DNA from: an uncultured Pseudomonadota bacterium
Lineage (GTDB): Bacteria; Pseudomonadota; Alphaproteobacteria; JACZXZ01
Length of the DNA stretch: 64,000 nucleotides
Direction: 5' to 3'
Assembly (NCBI GenBank): GCA_963842155.1
Contig: CAWJFP010000034.1
Span: 5,514 to 69,513 of the forward strand
In this document: positions 30,406 through 39,869 of the stretch, piece by piece
How positions within the stretch are numbered: the stretch's first letter is position 1
Layout: every line of letters starts with the position of its first letter
Translations under genes and position numbers: made by a program
The notes under the pieces: model-generated
What the model was told of the DNA's origin: nothing
The model's input: the letters and a program-made list of their open reading frames with translations, nothing else
The model's database searches: none

Positions 30406-31413
30406 TCATGAGGCCTTGCGGCGGGCGAGATAGCCGTTCTCGCGGAACCAGGCCACGGCGTCGGCGATGGCCTCGACCGCCGGGCGCGGCGCGTAGCCGA
30501 GCGCCCGCCGCGCCTTGTCGATCTTGAAATACATGTGCTTCTTGGCAAGTCGCACCCCGTCCACTGTGGCGACCGGCTCGGGCCCGCCGAAAAGCCGCGC
30601 CACCGTCTCGGCGACATAGGCGATCGGCAGCACGGCGCTGTGCGGTATGCGCCAGCGCGGCGGCTTGCCGCCGGTGATCAGCGCCACCTCCTCGAGAATG
30701 GCCCGCAACGACATGTTCTCGGCGCCGAGAATATAGCGCTCGCCCACCGCGCCGCGCTCGAAGGCGAGCCAATGGCCTTCGGCCACGTCGTCGACATGGA
30801 CGATGTTGAGCCCGGTATCGACATAGCCCGGCATCCTGCCCGCGGCGGCCTCGAGGATCATCCGCCCGGTCGGCGTGGGCTTGATGTCGCGCGGGCCCAC
30901 GGGCGCGGAGGGATTCACGATCACGGCCGGCAGGCCGCGTGCCCGCACCAGCCGGCGCACCTCCTCCTCGGCCATGAACTTGGATCGCTTGTAGTGGCCC
31001 ACCATGTCGTCGAGCGAGGACGGCGTCTCTTCGTCGGCGGGCGAGCCGTCTTCATGGAGGCCCAAGGTCGCCACGCTGCTGGTATAGACGATACGCGCGA
31101 CGTTGGCCTCGAGCGCCGCGAGCATGAGATTGCGCGTGCCTTCGACGTTGGCGCGATAGAGCGGAGCCGGGTCGGGTACCCAGAGCCGATAATCCGCTGC
31201 GACATGGAAGAGCGCGTCGCAGCCCTTGGCGGCGGCCTTGAGCGAGGCGAGGTCAATCAAATCGCCCGTCGCGATTTCGCAATCGAGGCCCGCGACGTTG
31301 CGTCGATCGCTGGTGGGCCGCACGAGCGCGCGCGTCTCGATCCCTTGCGCGACGAGGCGGCGCAGCACGGCCGAGCCCACGAAGCCTGCGGCGCCGGTGA
31401 CGAGCGCCTTCAT
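30406..31413 (-). CDS. hpnA: hpnA, hopanoid-associated NAD-dependent sugar epimerase/dehydratase-family protein
   Basis: 335 aa. MKALVTGAAGFVGSAVLRRL (Rossmann). Position in the hpn cluster. Confidence 0.75.
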   Translation of the reverse strand: MKALVTGAAGFVGSAVLRRLVAQGIETRALVRPTSDRRNVAGLDCEIATGDLIDLASLKAAAKGCDALFHVAADYRLWVPDPAPLYRANVEGTRNLMLAALEANVARIVYTSSVATLGLHEDGSPADEETPSSLDDMVGHYKRSKFMAEEEVRRLVRARGLPAVIVNPSAPVGPRDIKPTPTGRMILEAAAGRMPGYVDTGLNIVHVDDVAEGHWLAFERGAVGERYILGAENMSLRAILEEVALITGGKPPRWRIPHSAVLPIAYVAETVARLFGGPEPVATVDGVRLAKKHMYFKIDKARRALGYAPRPAVEAIADAVAWFRENGYLARRKAS

Positions 31414-31422
31414 GGCTGCAGC

Positions 31423-34161
31423 CTAGCGGCGCCGAGCAGCGGCCTCGCCGGCGGCCGCCCGCCGGAGACGCTGCTCGCGCCACATCAGAAGAGCCGGCAG
31501 CACGATAAGCGTGCAAGCCAGCGCCAAGGTCAGGCAGATGCCGAGCAGATAGCCCGTGCCGGCGGTGCCGCGATGATACGACACCATCAGGCTCGAGAAG
31601 GACACCATGGTGGTGAGCGCCGAAAACAGCACGGCGCGCGGCGTGCTGGTGCGCAGGAGCGCGATCACGCTTCCCGTCTCGCGCAGCCGCAGGATGAGAT
31701 AGATGCCGAACGCGACGCCCAGGCTGAAGAGCAGCGGCAAGGCGATGATGTTGGCGAAGTTGAAGGCGAGGCCGAACAGCACCGTGACGGCGATGGTGAG
31801 CAGGCCGGCGAGCGCCAAGGGCAGCAGGACGAGCAGCCAATCGCGGAAGCTGCGCAGGATCAGTACCAGCAGCAGCCCGATGGCGATGAAGGCGATGATT
31901 CCCGCCTGCTCGAACGCGCCCACGACGATCTTACCGCCCTCGAGCAGCAGCACCGGCGTGTCGGTGGCGTCCGGCGCGACCGCCTTCACCCTGTCGACGA
32001 AGCGCGTCAGCACCGCCTTGTCAATGCGGCGCGCCGTCGGGAAGACCTCGACGCGCGCGCGCCCGTCGGCGGCGAGATAGCGCGAGCGCAGATTCTCGGG
32101 CAGGCTCCGCAGCGTCACCGGTTCGGCCGTCATCAGCTCCTTGAGCCCCGCGAGGCGGCCCGGGAAATTCGCGATCAGCGCATCCTCGAGGCCGGCATAG
32201 GCGGCGGGATTCTGCCCGCGCTCCGCATCGAAGCGGGCGAGCAGCTCGGCCAGGCGCCGCGCAGGACCGGCCGCGGCGTCCGCCTTGGGCGAGGCGGCGA
32301 GCTTCTCGAGCTTCTGCCGCAGCCCGTCGCTCGCCTGCCGCCGCTCGGCGTCGCTCGGCGGCGGCTTGGGCGTGGCGGCGGCGAGAACCGGCGTCATGAA
32401 GGTCGCCATCTGGTCGATAAGACGCAGCTTGGCCGGCTGATCCTCGGGCACGAAGGAGCTCAGCGTCACCGTGTTGTCGACCTCGGGCAGCCGCTCCAAC
32501 CGCTTGGCGAGCGCGTCGGCCGCGGCCAGATCGGGCGCCACGATGTTGATCGAGTAGGGCGAGGTGGAGCTGCCCGTGGTGAGCTCGCCATAGGCCTTCA
32601 CCGATTCCGTCGTCGGATCCTTGAGATTGATCGGATCGATATCGAACCGCGCGTAGGGCAAGGCGAACAGCGAGGCTATGCCGAGCGCAAGCGCGCCGAG
32701 ACAAATGGTCCGCGCATGGCGCGCGAAGAAGGTGCCAGCCGCCTTGCCGTTGCGCGCGTCGCTGCGCCGCGGGCTCGGACGGATCGGCATGACGGCGAAC
32801 AGCGCGGGCAGCAGCGTCATGGTGGCGAAGAAACCGATGAACATGCCGACACCGGCGATGATGCCGAGCTCGCGCAAGCCCACATATTCGGTCGGGATGA
32901 AGGAGAGGAAGCCGATCGCCGCGCAAAGCGCCGCTAGGCCGACGGCGATCCCGGTGCCGCCCGCGGCCGCGTCGAGCGCCTCGCGCAGGCTGGCGCCGCC
33001 GTCGATCGCCTCCTTGTAGCGCATGCCGAATTGGATGCTGAAATCGACCGCGAGGCCGATGAAGAGGACAGCGAAGGCGACCGAGATCAAGTTCAGATGG
33101 CCGATGGCGAGCGTGGCGAAGGCGGCGGTCCAGATCAAGCTCAACACCAGGCTGACGATGGTCGCCAGAACGAGTTTGAGCGAGCGCAGGCCAATGATCA
33201 CGAGGACGCTGACGAGGAGCAGGGAGAGAAGGCTGGCGAGGCCGACGCCCTTTCGCACGCTGTCCAGCTCGTCCTGGTCGAGCGCCGGGCTTCCGGTCAG
33301 CATGACTTGCACGCCGTGGGCCGGGTCGAGATGGAGCTCCGCCGCCGTGTCGTGGATGAAATCCGTCGCCGCCTGCGCGGGATCGAGCGAGCGGTAGTCG
33401 AGCTTCGGCCGCACCAGGATAATCTGGCGGCGGTCGGCCGGCTTGTCCGGAAGCCCGGTCATGAGGTCGCGCCAGGAGAGCCGCGCGGGCTTGCCCTCGA
33501 GGCGTCGCTCGACCGCATCGCCGATCTTGGAGAGGGGGCGGACGAGAAGTCCGGCATCGACCTCGCCCATCGCGATGCCGTCCGCGGCTTGTCCCAGCAC
33601 GTGGAAAAGGCCGCGTAGGCTGGGGTCGCTGACGAGCGTGCCGAGCAGCGGCTGCGCTTGCGCGAGCCGGTCGGAAAGCTCGCCGAGCTCCCTGCTGTCG
33701 AGAAAGAGCAGGCCCTCGCGCCGGAAGAAGCTATCGCCGCCGGGGAAGAAAAAGCCGGAAAAGAGATCGGTCTTCGGCCGCAGCCGCGCGGCAAGAAGAT
33801 TGGCCGCGTCCTCGGCGCGATCGGGACTGTCGCCCTCGATCAGCACGACGAGGCTATCCTCCAGGCTCGGAAAGGCTTGCTCGAAGGCTTTAAAAGTCTG
33901 CCAATAAGGCAGCTTCTGGTTGAGCAGCGCGCCGGTATCGGTGTGGATGCCGAGGTGGGTCACGGTGTACCAGCCACCGGCGGCCGTGAGGATGACGGAG
34001 CCGACGATGATCGGCCAGGCGAGACGGCGCACCCACTCGACCCACCACACGAAGGCGCGCGATATGCGCGGCGCGGCACCGCCGCCCTCCGGCGGCTCGG
34101 TCAGCCGCTCCTGCCATCTCGGCTCTTCCGATGGCTCAACGTGAAGGCGTTGGAGGCTCAT
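31423..34161 (-). CDS. hpnN: hpnN, RND/MMPL-family hopanoid transporter
   Basis: About 913 aa from MSLQRLHVE... Two 6-TM bundles with large periplasmic loops. Adjacent to hpnA and hpnH. Confidence 0.8.
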   Translation of the reverse strand: MSLQRLHVEPSEEPRWQERLTEPPEGGGAAPRISRAFVWWVEWVRRLAWPIIVGSVILTAAGGWYTVTHLGIHTDTGALLNQKLPYWQTFKAFEQAFPSLEDSLVVLIEGDSPDRAEDAANLLAARLRPKTDLFSGFFFPGGDSFFRREGLLFLDSRELGELSDRLAQAQPLLGTLVSDPSLRGLFHVLGQAADGIAMGEVDAGLLVRPLSKIGDAVERRLEGKPARLSWRDLMTGLPDKPADRRQIILVRPKLDYRSLDPAQAATDFIHDTAAELHLDPAHGVQVMLTGSPALDQDELDSVRKGVGLASLLSLLLVSVLVIIGLRSLKLVLATIVSLVLSLIWTAAFATLAIGHLNLISVAFAVLFIGLAVDFSIQFGMRYKEAIDGGASLREALDAAAGGTGIAVGLAALCAAIGFLSFIPTEYVGLRELGIIAGVGMFIGFFATMTLLPALFAVMPIRPSPRRSDARNGKAAGTFFARHARTICLGALALGIASLFALPYARFDIDPINLKDPTTESVKAYGELTTGSSTSPYSINIVAPDLAAADALAKRLERLPEVDNTVTLSSFVPEDQPAKLRLIDQMATFMTPVLAAATPKPPPSDAERRQASDGLRQKLEKLAASPKADAAAGPARRLAELLARFDAERGQNPAAYAGLEDALIANFPGRLAGLKELMTAEPVTLRSLPENLRSRYLAADGRARVEVFPTARRIDKAVLTRFVDRVKAVAPDATDTPVLLLEGGKIVVGAFEQAGIIAFIAIGLLLVLILRSFRDWLLVLLPLALAGLLTIAVTVLFGLAFNFANIIALPLLFSLGVAFGIYLILRLRETGSVIALLRTSTPRAVLFSALTTMVSFSSLMVSYHRGTAGTGYLLGICLTLALACTLIVLPALLMWREQRLRRAAAGEAAARRR

Positions 34162-34572
34162 AGGCAGAGGAAATCCGGCTGGTTGGGAAATTTGCCGCGG
34201 ATCGCGGCCGCCTACGGCTGCCCGCCATCGACCGAGCATATAAAGGCGTAATACCTTAGGAACAAGTGTTAACTTGCTTCCAATGCTCGAATATAAACGG
34301 CCTGCGACCACGGGTCGCGGCCCAATTTGGCGATTCCCGCCTCTTTGACGCAATGGGGGCGCGTCACCATCCCAGGAGCATCGAATGGCGATGGGCGCGG
34401 CGCGGCGCGCGGGAACCGCCGCCCTCGCGCGGAGGTTCTCATTCGGCTTATTCTCCCCGCCGCTTCGGGGTTATGATAGAAAATCCAGCCCGGCCTGCCC
34501 GCCGCAAGCCGCGTCGAGCCGCGGATTCGCCTGTCCCCCCAAGTCCCCTTGGCTCAATTAAGGTATGTCATC

Positions 34573-35187
34573 ATGCTGCACCGTCTGAAGGCTCTTGTGG
34601 CGGCGTTGCTGCTTACCGGTCTCTTGCCGGCCTTCGCCGACGCGGCGGTCGAGGACGCCAAGCAGGTCGTCCAGAGCTATTATTCGACCCTGCTCGGCGT
34701 CATGCACAAGGGCAAGGAGCTCGGCTACAAGGGCCGCTACGACACGCTCAAGCCCGCGGTCGACAAGAGCTTCGATCTCGCCCTCATGGCGCAGACCACG
34801 GTGGGCGGCTTCTGGGACAGCATGTCGCCGGAGCAGCGGACCCAGCTGGTCGAGGCCTTCGAGGACTTCACGGTGGCGAACTACGCTCATAATTTCGACG
34901 ATTACGGCGGCGAGAAATTCGAGACCTACCAGGCGCAGGAGACGCCGCGCAAGGACGTGGTGGTCGACAGCGCGATCGTGAAGTCCGACGGCGACAAGGT
35001 GAAGCTCGACTATCTGCTGCGGGCGGAAGGGGACGGCTACAAGATCATCGACGTCTTCGTCGACGGCGCCATCTCCGAGCTCGCCACGCGCCGCTCCGAA
35101 TATACCTCCGTGATCCGCCGGGACGGGGTCGACGCGCTCATCAAGCTCATCCGCGAGAAGGCGGGCGAGTTGGCCGCGAAATCGTGA
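34573..35187 (+). CDS. hpnM: hpnM, MlaC/Ttg2D-family (toluene-tolerance) periplasmic lipid-binding protein
   Basis: Signal peptide MLHRLKALVAALLLTGLLPAFA, VVQSYYSTLL...FDLALMAQTTVGGFWDSMSPEQRTQLVEAFEDFTVANYA is the MlaC signature. Divergent from hpnN. Confidence 0.7.
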   Translation: MLHRLKALVAALLLTGLLPAFADAAVEDAKQVVQSYYSTLLGVMHKGKELGYKGRYDTLKPAVDKSFDLALMAQTTVGGFWDSMSPEQRTQLVEAFEDFTVANYAHNFDDYGGEKFETYQAQETPRKDVVVDSAIVKSDGDKVKLDYLLRAEGDGYKIIDVFVDGAISELATRRSEYTSVIRRDGVDALIKLIREKAGELAAKS

Positions 35188-35675
35188 TGGCGGCGCGAGG
35201 GCGGCGCATCCTGGCATCGCTGAGCTGCGCGCTCGCGGTCACTTGTTTGGGCGCGCGGAGCGCCGCAGCCGACGTGGTGGTGCGTATCTATCTTCTGGCG
35301 CCCGCGGGCCTGGGCGAGACGATCGGCACAGTGCATCTGAGCGACGCCAAGGGAGGCCTGCGCTTGGCCGCGCGGCTCAAGGATTTGAGCGCCGGCCCGC
35401 ACGGCTTCCATTTGCGCGCGACGGGCGCATGCGGCGCGGCGTCGGCGAGCGCGGCGAAGACCGCCGCCCATGGCGCCGCGACGGCGGCGATGGCCGAGCG
35501 CGATCTGCCGCCGCTCGTCGTCGGCGGTGACGGCGTCGCGCGCGGCACGGTGCTTGCGCAAGGCCTCAAGCTCGCCGATATCCACGGTGGCATGCTGGTC
35601 ATCGACGGCGCCGATGAGCATGCCCGGCCCGGCGCAGGCGCGAGCGCAGCGGCCTGCGGCGTGATCCCGCAATGA
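35184..35675 (+). CDS. Cu/Zn-superoxide-dismutase-fold periplasmic protein lacking most metal ligands (SodC-like pseudo-enzyme candidate)
   Basis: Signal peptide. PHGFHLRATGAC aligns with HGFHxHxxGxC. The C-terminus ...LVIDGADEH...ACGVIPQ aligns with MIHAGGDNH...ACGVI. Disulfide cysteines are kept but the second His of FHxH is Arg and the IHAG histidine is Asp. Confidence 0.55.
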   Translation: MMAARGRRILASLSCALAVTCLGARSAAADVVVRIYLLAPAGLGETIGTVHLSDAKGGLRLAARLKDLSAGPHGFHLRATGACGAASASAAKTAAHGAATAAMAERDLPPLVVGGDGVARGTVLAQGLKLADIHGGMLVIDGADEHARPGAGASAAACGVIPQ

Positions 35676-35724
35676 AGTTCTGGGCGGCGCGGGCTGGCGA
35701 TTGCGCGTCAGGGAGGGCGATCCG

Positions 35725-35961
35725 ATGAGCAAAGTGACCCATGACGAGCTGCTGGCGATCCTCGGCCGGATCGACGACGTGAAGCTGGCCGAGGTGATGG
35801 CGCTCGATCCCACGCGCGACGAAGTCATCCAAGCCAAGCTCTGGCTTGCCCACGCCGACCTGCATGAGGCGGGCGCGGTGGCCGGCGGCCAGACCGCGAA
35901 GGCGACCCGCATCTACCAGATGCTGCGCGTCGACGCGCCGGCGGAATGGGGCGAGGAATAG
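35725..35961 (+). CDS. Hypothetical small protein (78 aa)
   Basis: RBS GGGAGGG 6 nt upstream. No family recognised. Confidence 0.3.
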   Translation: MSKVTHDELLAILGRIDDVKLAEVMALDPTRDEVIQAKLWLAHADLHEAGAVAGGQTAKATRIYQMLRVDAPAEWGEE

Positions 35962-35965
35962 AGCC

Positions 35966-36292
35966 TCAGCGCTCCTCGGACGGCTGCAGTCTCGTTTCCG
36001 GCTCGCTCTCGAGGATCTCGCGCAGGAAGCCGAGATGGCGCGCGAAGGCCTGGCGCCCGGACCTCGTCGCGCGCAGCCGCGTGCGCGGCTTGCGGCCGAC
36101 GAAATCCTTCTCGATCGAGACATAGCCGGCCTTCTCGAGCGTATCGAGATGGGCGCCGAGATTGCCCGGCGTGGCGCCGACCAGGCGCTGCAGGCGGGTG
36201 AACTCGAGCGCTTCCCCCGCGGCGAGCGCGGTCAGGGCGGTCATGATCCGCAGCCTGGTCGTCTGATGGATGGTCTCGTTCGGCTCGGTCAT
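35966..36292 (-). CDS. Small winged-helix transcriptional regulator (ArsR/PadR-like HTH)
   Basis: 108 aa. TTRLRIMTALTALAAGEALEFTRLQRLVGATPGNLGAHLDTLEKAGYVSIEKDFVGRKPRTRLRATRSGRQAF. Overlaps the upstream membrane-protein gene by 4 bp. Confidence 0.5.
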   Translation of the reverse strand: MTEPNETIHQTTRLRIMTALTALAAGEALEFTRLQRLVGATPGNLGAHLDTLEKAGYVSIEKDFVGRKPRTRLRATRSGRQAFARHLGFLREILESEPETRLQPSEER

Positions 36293-36795
36293 GGATAGCG
36301 CGCAAGCCTGAGATAGACGCCGCCTCCGATCAAGGCGCCGCCACCCAGAAGCGCCATCCACAATAGGAAGGACGGGCCGGCGAAGAGCAGGCAGAGCGCC
36401 ACGAGCGCGGTCACGATCAGCCCCGAGACGACAAAGAAGCGCCCGACCCAGAAGCCGGCGAGGATGTAGCCGAGCATGAAGACGGCGGGGACGAAAGCGT
36501 CGATCTGGCGGCCCTTGAGGCCGAGCAGGAACACCCACAGCACGGCGAAGCCGGCCAGGCTCGCCATGAAGCTGATAATCCGCCAATCGAGCCGCTGCAA
36601 GAGCGGCCGCGGCGCGGTCGCGTATTTGCGCCGGCAGCTGAGCCAGGGAATGAAGATCGAGCCGGCGAAGCCGATCAGGTCGAGCAGCAGCCAGATCGTC
36701 TGTTCATGGCCGACCCCTTCATATTCGACAAGATAGCCGATGAGCCAGATGACGCCCCAGAGGATGAGAATCCAGCTCGTGACATCGTAGATCAC
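36289..36795 (-). CDS. Integral membrane protein (about 5 TM) co-transcribed with the winged-helix regulator
   Basis: 168 aa, mostly hydrophobic segments. Confidence 0.5.
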   Translation of the reverse strand: MIYDVTSWILILWGVIWLIGYLVEYEGVGHEQTIWLLLDLIGFAGSIFIPWLSCRRKYATAPRPLLQRLDWRIISFMASLAGFAVLWVFLLGLKGRQIDAFVPAVFMLGYILAGFWVGRFFVVSGLIVTALVALCLLFAGPSFLLWMALLGGGALIGGGVYLRLARYP

Positions 36796-36906
36796 CGACT
36801 GGCGGACGCGCTGCGCGGTCTCATCGACCTCGCGGAGGGCGTCCGAGGCTTGATCGCGGGTGAGATTTATGGCGCCTCCTCGCCTGGGGATCCAGGCAGA
36901 TGTGTT

Positions 36907-36931
36907 ACTCTGTCACGCAGAGTACTCTGTG
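36907..36931. promoter_or_regulatory. Palindrome ACTCTG-tcacg-CAGAGT with an adjacent third ACTCTGTG copy, ~115 bp upstream of the membrane-protein and regulator operon
   Basis: Read directly. Typical architecture for a winged-helix autoregulatory operator. Confidence 0.3.
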
Positions 36932-37042
36932 TCAAGCGCCTCATTGGGATTTCTGGCATGGCGTTTCGGCCGGCCCTATGATTTAGATTGAAGGCGGCGG
37001 CGAGCCGCGCGCCGGGCATCGCGTCAGACGGGTTTTGGCGAC

Positions 37043-37522
37043 ATGAGGACAGGAAGATCGCGCTCTACGGCTCTCGCGGCGTCGGCGCTCTTGCTGGCGG
37101 CTGTTGCGGCCGGCCCATGGCGCGCGGCCGCGGCGGCGGGCAAGGCCGATCCCGACGACACGGCGCAAGTGGCGCTCGGCCAAAAGGTCTATGACGCGAA
37201 CTGCGCCTCCTGCCACGGCGCCCATCTCGAGGGCCAGGCCGATTGGCAGACGCGCAAGCCGGACGGCAAGCTGCCGGCGCCGCCCCATGACTGGCATGGC
37301 CATACTTGGCGCCATCCCGACAGCCAGCTTTTCGCCTTCGTCAAGAATGGCGTCGCGCCTTATTCCCCGCCCGGCTACAAGACCGACATGGCGGGCTTCG
37401 GCACGGTGCTCTCCGACGCCGAGATCTGGGCCGTGATCGCCTATATCAAGAGCGCCTGGCCGCCGGAGTTTCGCCGCTACCAGCAGGCTATCACCGACCG
37501 CGTCGATGGCGCGGGCCAATGA
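37043..37522 (+). CDS. Periplasmic mono-haem c-type cytochrome
   Basis: Signal peptide, a single CASCHG haem-binding motif, and a downstream Met ligand. Confidence 0.75.
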   Translation: MRTGRSRSTALAASALLLAAVAAGPWRAAAAAGKADPDDTAQVALGQKVYDANCASCHGAHLEGQADWQTRKPDGKLPAPPHDWHGHTWRHPDSQLFAFVKNGVAPYSPPGYKTDMAGFGTVLSDAEIWAVIAYIKSAWPPEFRRYQQAITDRVDGAGQ

Positions 37523-37585
37523 GTTGGAGGGGGCGGAATAAATTCCTTCCCGATGCAATAACCCGATCCCACGATCCGTCCATGA

Positions 37586-37614
37586 TTGAACGCGGCGGGG
37601 ATTTGCCGTATCTG
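37586..37614 (+). promoter_or_regulatory. Sigma-70-like promoter candidate TTGAAC-N17-TATCTG, 28 nt upstream of the DUF2282 gene
   Basis: Read directly. Confidence 0.3.
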
Positions 37615-37641
37615 TGTTGGCGGTAGTTGCGAGGGGCCGAA

Positions 37642-37950
37642 ATGAAGCGTTCCGTTTTGATTGCCGCGGCGGTGGCGGCCGTGCTGGCGACGCCGGCGCT
37701 CGGCGCCGGCAATGATTGGGGTCAGGCGATCGAGGAGAAATGCTACGGCGTCGGCGCCAAGGACGTGTCGCTCTGCGGCGCCCAGGATTGCGCGAGCCAG
37801 ACGAGCGGGCCGGCGGCGCACGCCAACGGCGCCGACCATGCCCAGAGCGCGGACAAGGGCATCACCCCCGATGGCCAAACCTTCGCCTTCGTGCCGCAGG
37901 GCACTTGCGTGAAGATGTATGGCGGCAGCCTAACGCCCAAGAATTCCTGA
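37642..37950 (+). CDS. DUF2282-family small secreted Cys-rich protein (bufferin-precursor-like)
   Basis: Signal peptide MKRSVLIAAAVAAVLATPALGA, then EKCYGVGAKDVSLCGAQDCASQ...FAFVPQGTCVKMYGGSL, which matches the DUF2282 pattern (EKCYGv-K-g-NDCa...kGtC). Confidence 0.55.
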   Translation: MKRSVLIAAAVAAVLATPALGAGNDWGQAIEEKCYGVGAKDVSLCGAQDCASQTSGPAAHANGADHAQSADKGITPDGQTFAFVPQGTCVKMYGGSLTPKNS

Positions 37951-37975
37951 GCGGCCCACCCTCCCCGCGATTTCC

Positions 37976-39760
37976 TCAATAAAGCGCATCCAGCGCCGCG
38001 CCGTAACGCTCGCGAATGACATGGCGGCGGATTTTCAAAGACGGCGTCAACATGCCGTTCTCGATGGCGAAGGCCTCGGGCGCGAGGATGAAGCGGCGCA
38101 CCCGCTCGATCGGCGATAGCCTGGCATTGACCCGCTCGACGGCCTCGCCCACGGCGTCGTGCAGTTCCTTGTCGGCGGTGAGCGCCGCAAGCTCGGCGGG
38201 CCTGCCGCGCGCGGCGGCCCATTCGGCGAGGAAATCGGGATTCGGCACCAGCACCGCCACGAGATAGGGCCTGCGGTCGCCCTGCACCATCGCCTGCGCG
38301 ATCTCGGGCTCGAGAGTGAGGAAACCCTCCACCCGCTGCGGCGACAGATTGTCGCCGCCCGAGTTCACGATGATGTCCTTCTTGCGGTCGGTGATCTGGA
38401 TATAGCCGTCCTCGTCGAGGCGGCCGATATCGCCGGTATGCAGCCAGCCGTCGCGCAAGGCCAGCGCGGTGCCGTCCGGATCGTTCCAATAGCCCTTCAT
38501 GACCAGCTCGCCCCGCACCAGGATCTCGCCGTCCTCGGCGACGCTCACCTCGACGTCCTTGAGCGGCGGGCCGACGGTATGGAGCTTGATACGGTCCGGC
38601 GGGTTCACGCTGATCACCGGCGCCGCCTCCGTCTGGCCATAGCCTTGCAGCAAACGGAGACCGAGTGCTGTGAAGAAGACGCCGATCTCGGGATTGAGCG
38701 GCGCGCCGCCCGAGACGAGCGCCTTGAGCCTGCCGCCGAAGCGGCCCCGTACCTTGCGCCGCACCAGGAGATCGAGCAGGAGGTCGGCAAGGCGCTCGAC
38801 CAAGCTCAGGCTCTTCGGGTCCTTGTAGCGCTTGGCGCCGAGCTCGAGCGCCTTCCAGAAAAGCGTCGCACGCAACCCGCCCTGGCGCTTGATGGCGCTA
38901 AGGATGCGGCCATGCAGCGTCTCGTAGAGCCGCGGCACCGCGGTCATGATGGTGGGCCGCGCTTCGAGCATGTTCACGGCGAGCGTCTCGGCGCCCTCGG
39001 CATAGTAGATCTCGGCGCCGACGGAGATGGGGAAGAACAGGCCGGCCGCATGCTCATAGGCATGGGAGAGCGGCAGGAAGGAAAGGAAGCGCTCATGCTC
39101 GAGGCCGAGCTGGCGCAGCACGATCTCGGCGCCCATGCAGTTGCAGATGATGGCGCCGTGGCTCAAGGTGACGCCGCGCGGAATGCCGCCGGTGCCCGAG
39201 GTGTGGATGACGCAGCAGCTGTCGCCGCGCTCGATGCCGGCGACGAGGGTCTGCATGTCGTCGGGCGCGAGCGCGCCCTTGACGAGCAGCGCCTCCCAGC
39301 CCAATACCTCGACGCCGGGAAACTGCGCGAGCCCGAGCGGCTCGATCGCCACCACGAACCGAAGGCTGGGTGCCTGACGCGCGGCGGCGAGCAGCGGACC
39401 CGCGAGCTTGCGGGTCGAGACGATCGCCGCCTTGGCCCCGGTGTTGGTCAGGATATGGCGGTGGTCGTCGATGGTATTGGTGATATAGCCCGGCACCGTG
39501 ATCGCGCCCGCGGCCATGATGGCGAGATCGGCGATGACCCATTCGGGACGGTTCTCGGCGATGAGCGCCACCCGGTCGCCGCGCGCGATGCCTTGCGCGC
39601 GAAGTCCCCGCGAGAGCCGGCTCACCAGCTCCACCGCTTCGCGCCAGCTCATCGGGCGGTAGACGCCCTCCCGCTTCGCCCAGAGGAAGGGACGCTCGCC
39701 GCGCTCGGCCGCGCGATCGAGAAACATGCGGACGAGGTTGGGAACCGCCTTGTAGTCCAT
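37976..39760 (-). CDS. fadD: Long-chain fatty-acid--CoA ligase (AMP-dependent synthetase)
   Basis: 594 aa from MDYKAVPNLV... AMP-binding motifs IHTSGTGGIPRG, YGQTEA and ITDRKKDII. Confidence 0.8.
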   Translation of the reverse strand: MDYKAVPNLVRMFLDRAAERGERPFLWAKREGVYRPMSWREAVELVSRLSRGLRAQGIARGDRVALIAENRPEWVIADLAIMAAGAITVPGYITNTIDDHRHILTNTGAKAAIVSTRKLAGPLLAAARQAPSLRFVVAIEPLGLAQFPGVEVLGWEALLVKGALAPDDMQTLVAGIERGDSCCVIHTSGTGGIPRGVTLSHGAIICNCMGAEIVLRQLGLEHERFLSFLPLSHAYEHAAGLFFPISVGAEIYYAEGAETLAVNMLEARPTIMTAVPRLYETLHGRILSAIKRQGGLRATLFWKALELGAKRYKDPKSLSLVERLADLLLDLLVRRKVRGRFGGRLKALVSGGAPLNPEIGVFFTALGLRLLQGYGQTEAAPVISVNPPDRIKLHTVGPPLKDVEVSVAEDGEILVRGELVMKGYWNDPDGTALALRDGWLHTGDIGRLDEDGYIQITDRKKDIIVNSGGDNLSPQRVEGFLTLEPEIAQAMVQGDRRPYLVAVLVPNPDFLAEWAAARGRPAELAALTADKELHDAVGEAVERVNARLSPIERVRRFILAPEAFAIENGMLTPSLKIRRHVIRERYGAALDALY

Positions 39761-39841
39761 CGTTTCCTCAGGCGCCCCGCCCGGGCTTCTAAGGCCAGGC
39801 CGGGCCGGGGACGCCGCCGCTTTCTTGCCATGTCCCGGCGA

Positions 39842-39869
39842 TGGACGGAAGCGCCAAGAGCTTGGCGCG
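39842..39869. repeat. Left copy of the exact 28-bp direct repeat TGGACGGAAGCGCCAAGAGCTTGGCGCG, which contains the hairpin GCGCCAAG-ag-CTTGGCGC
   Basis: Identical to 41935-41962. Confidence 0.75.

Noticed and set aside
30535-32937. 800-aa plus-strand ORF across hpnA/hpnN
   Set aside because: Antisense of two well-supported minus-strand genes, with no recognisable domains
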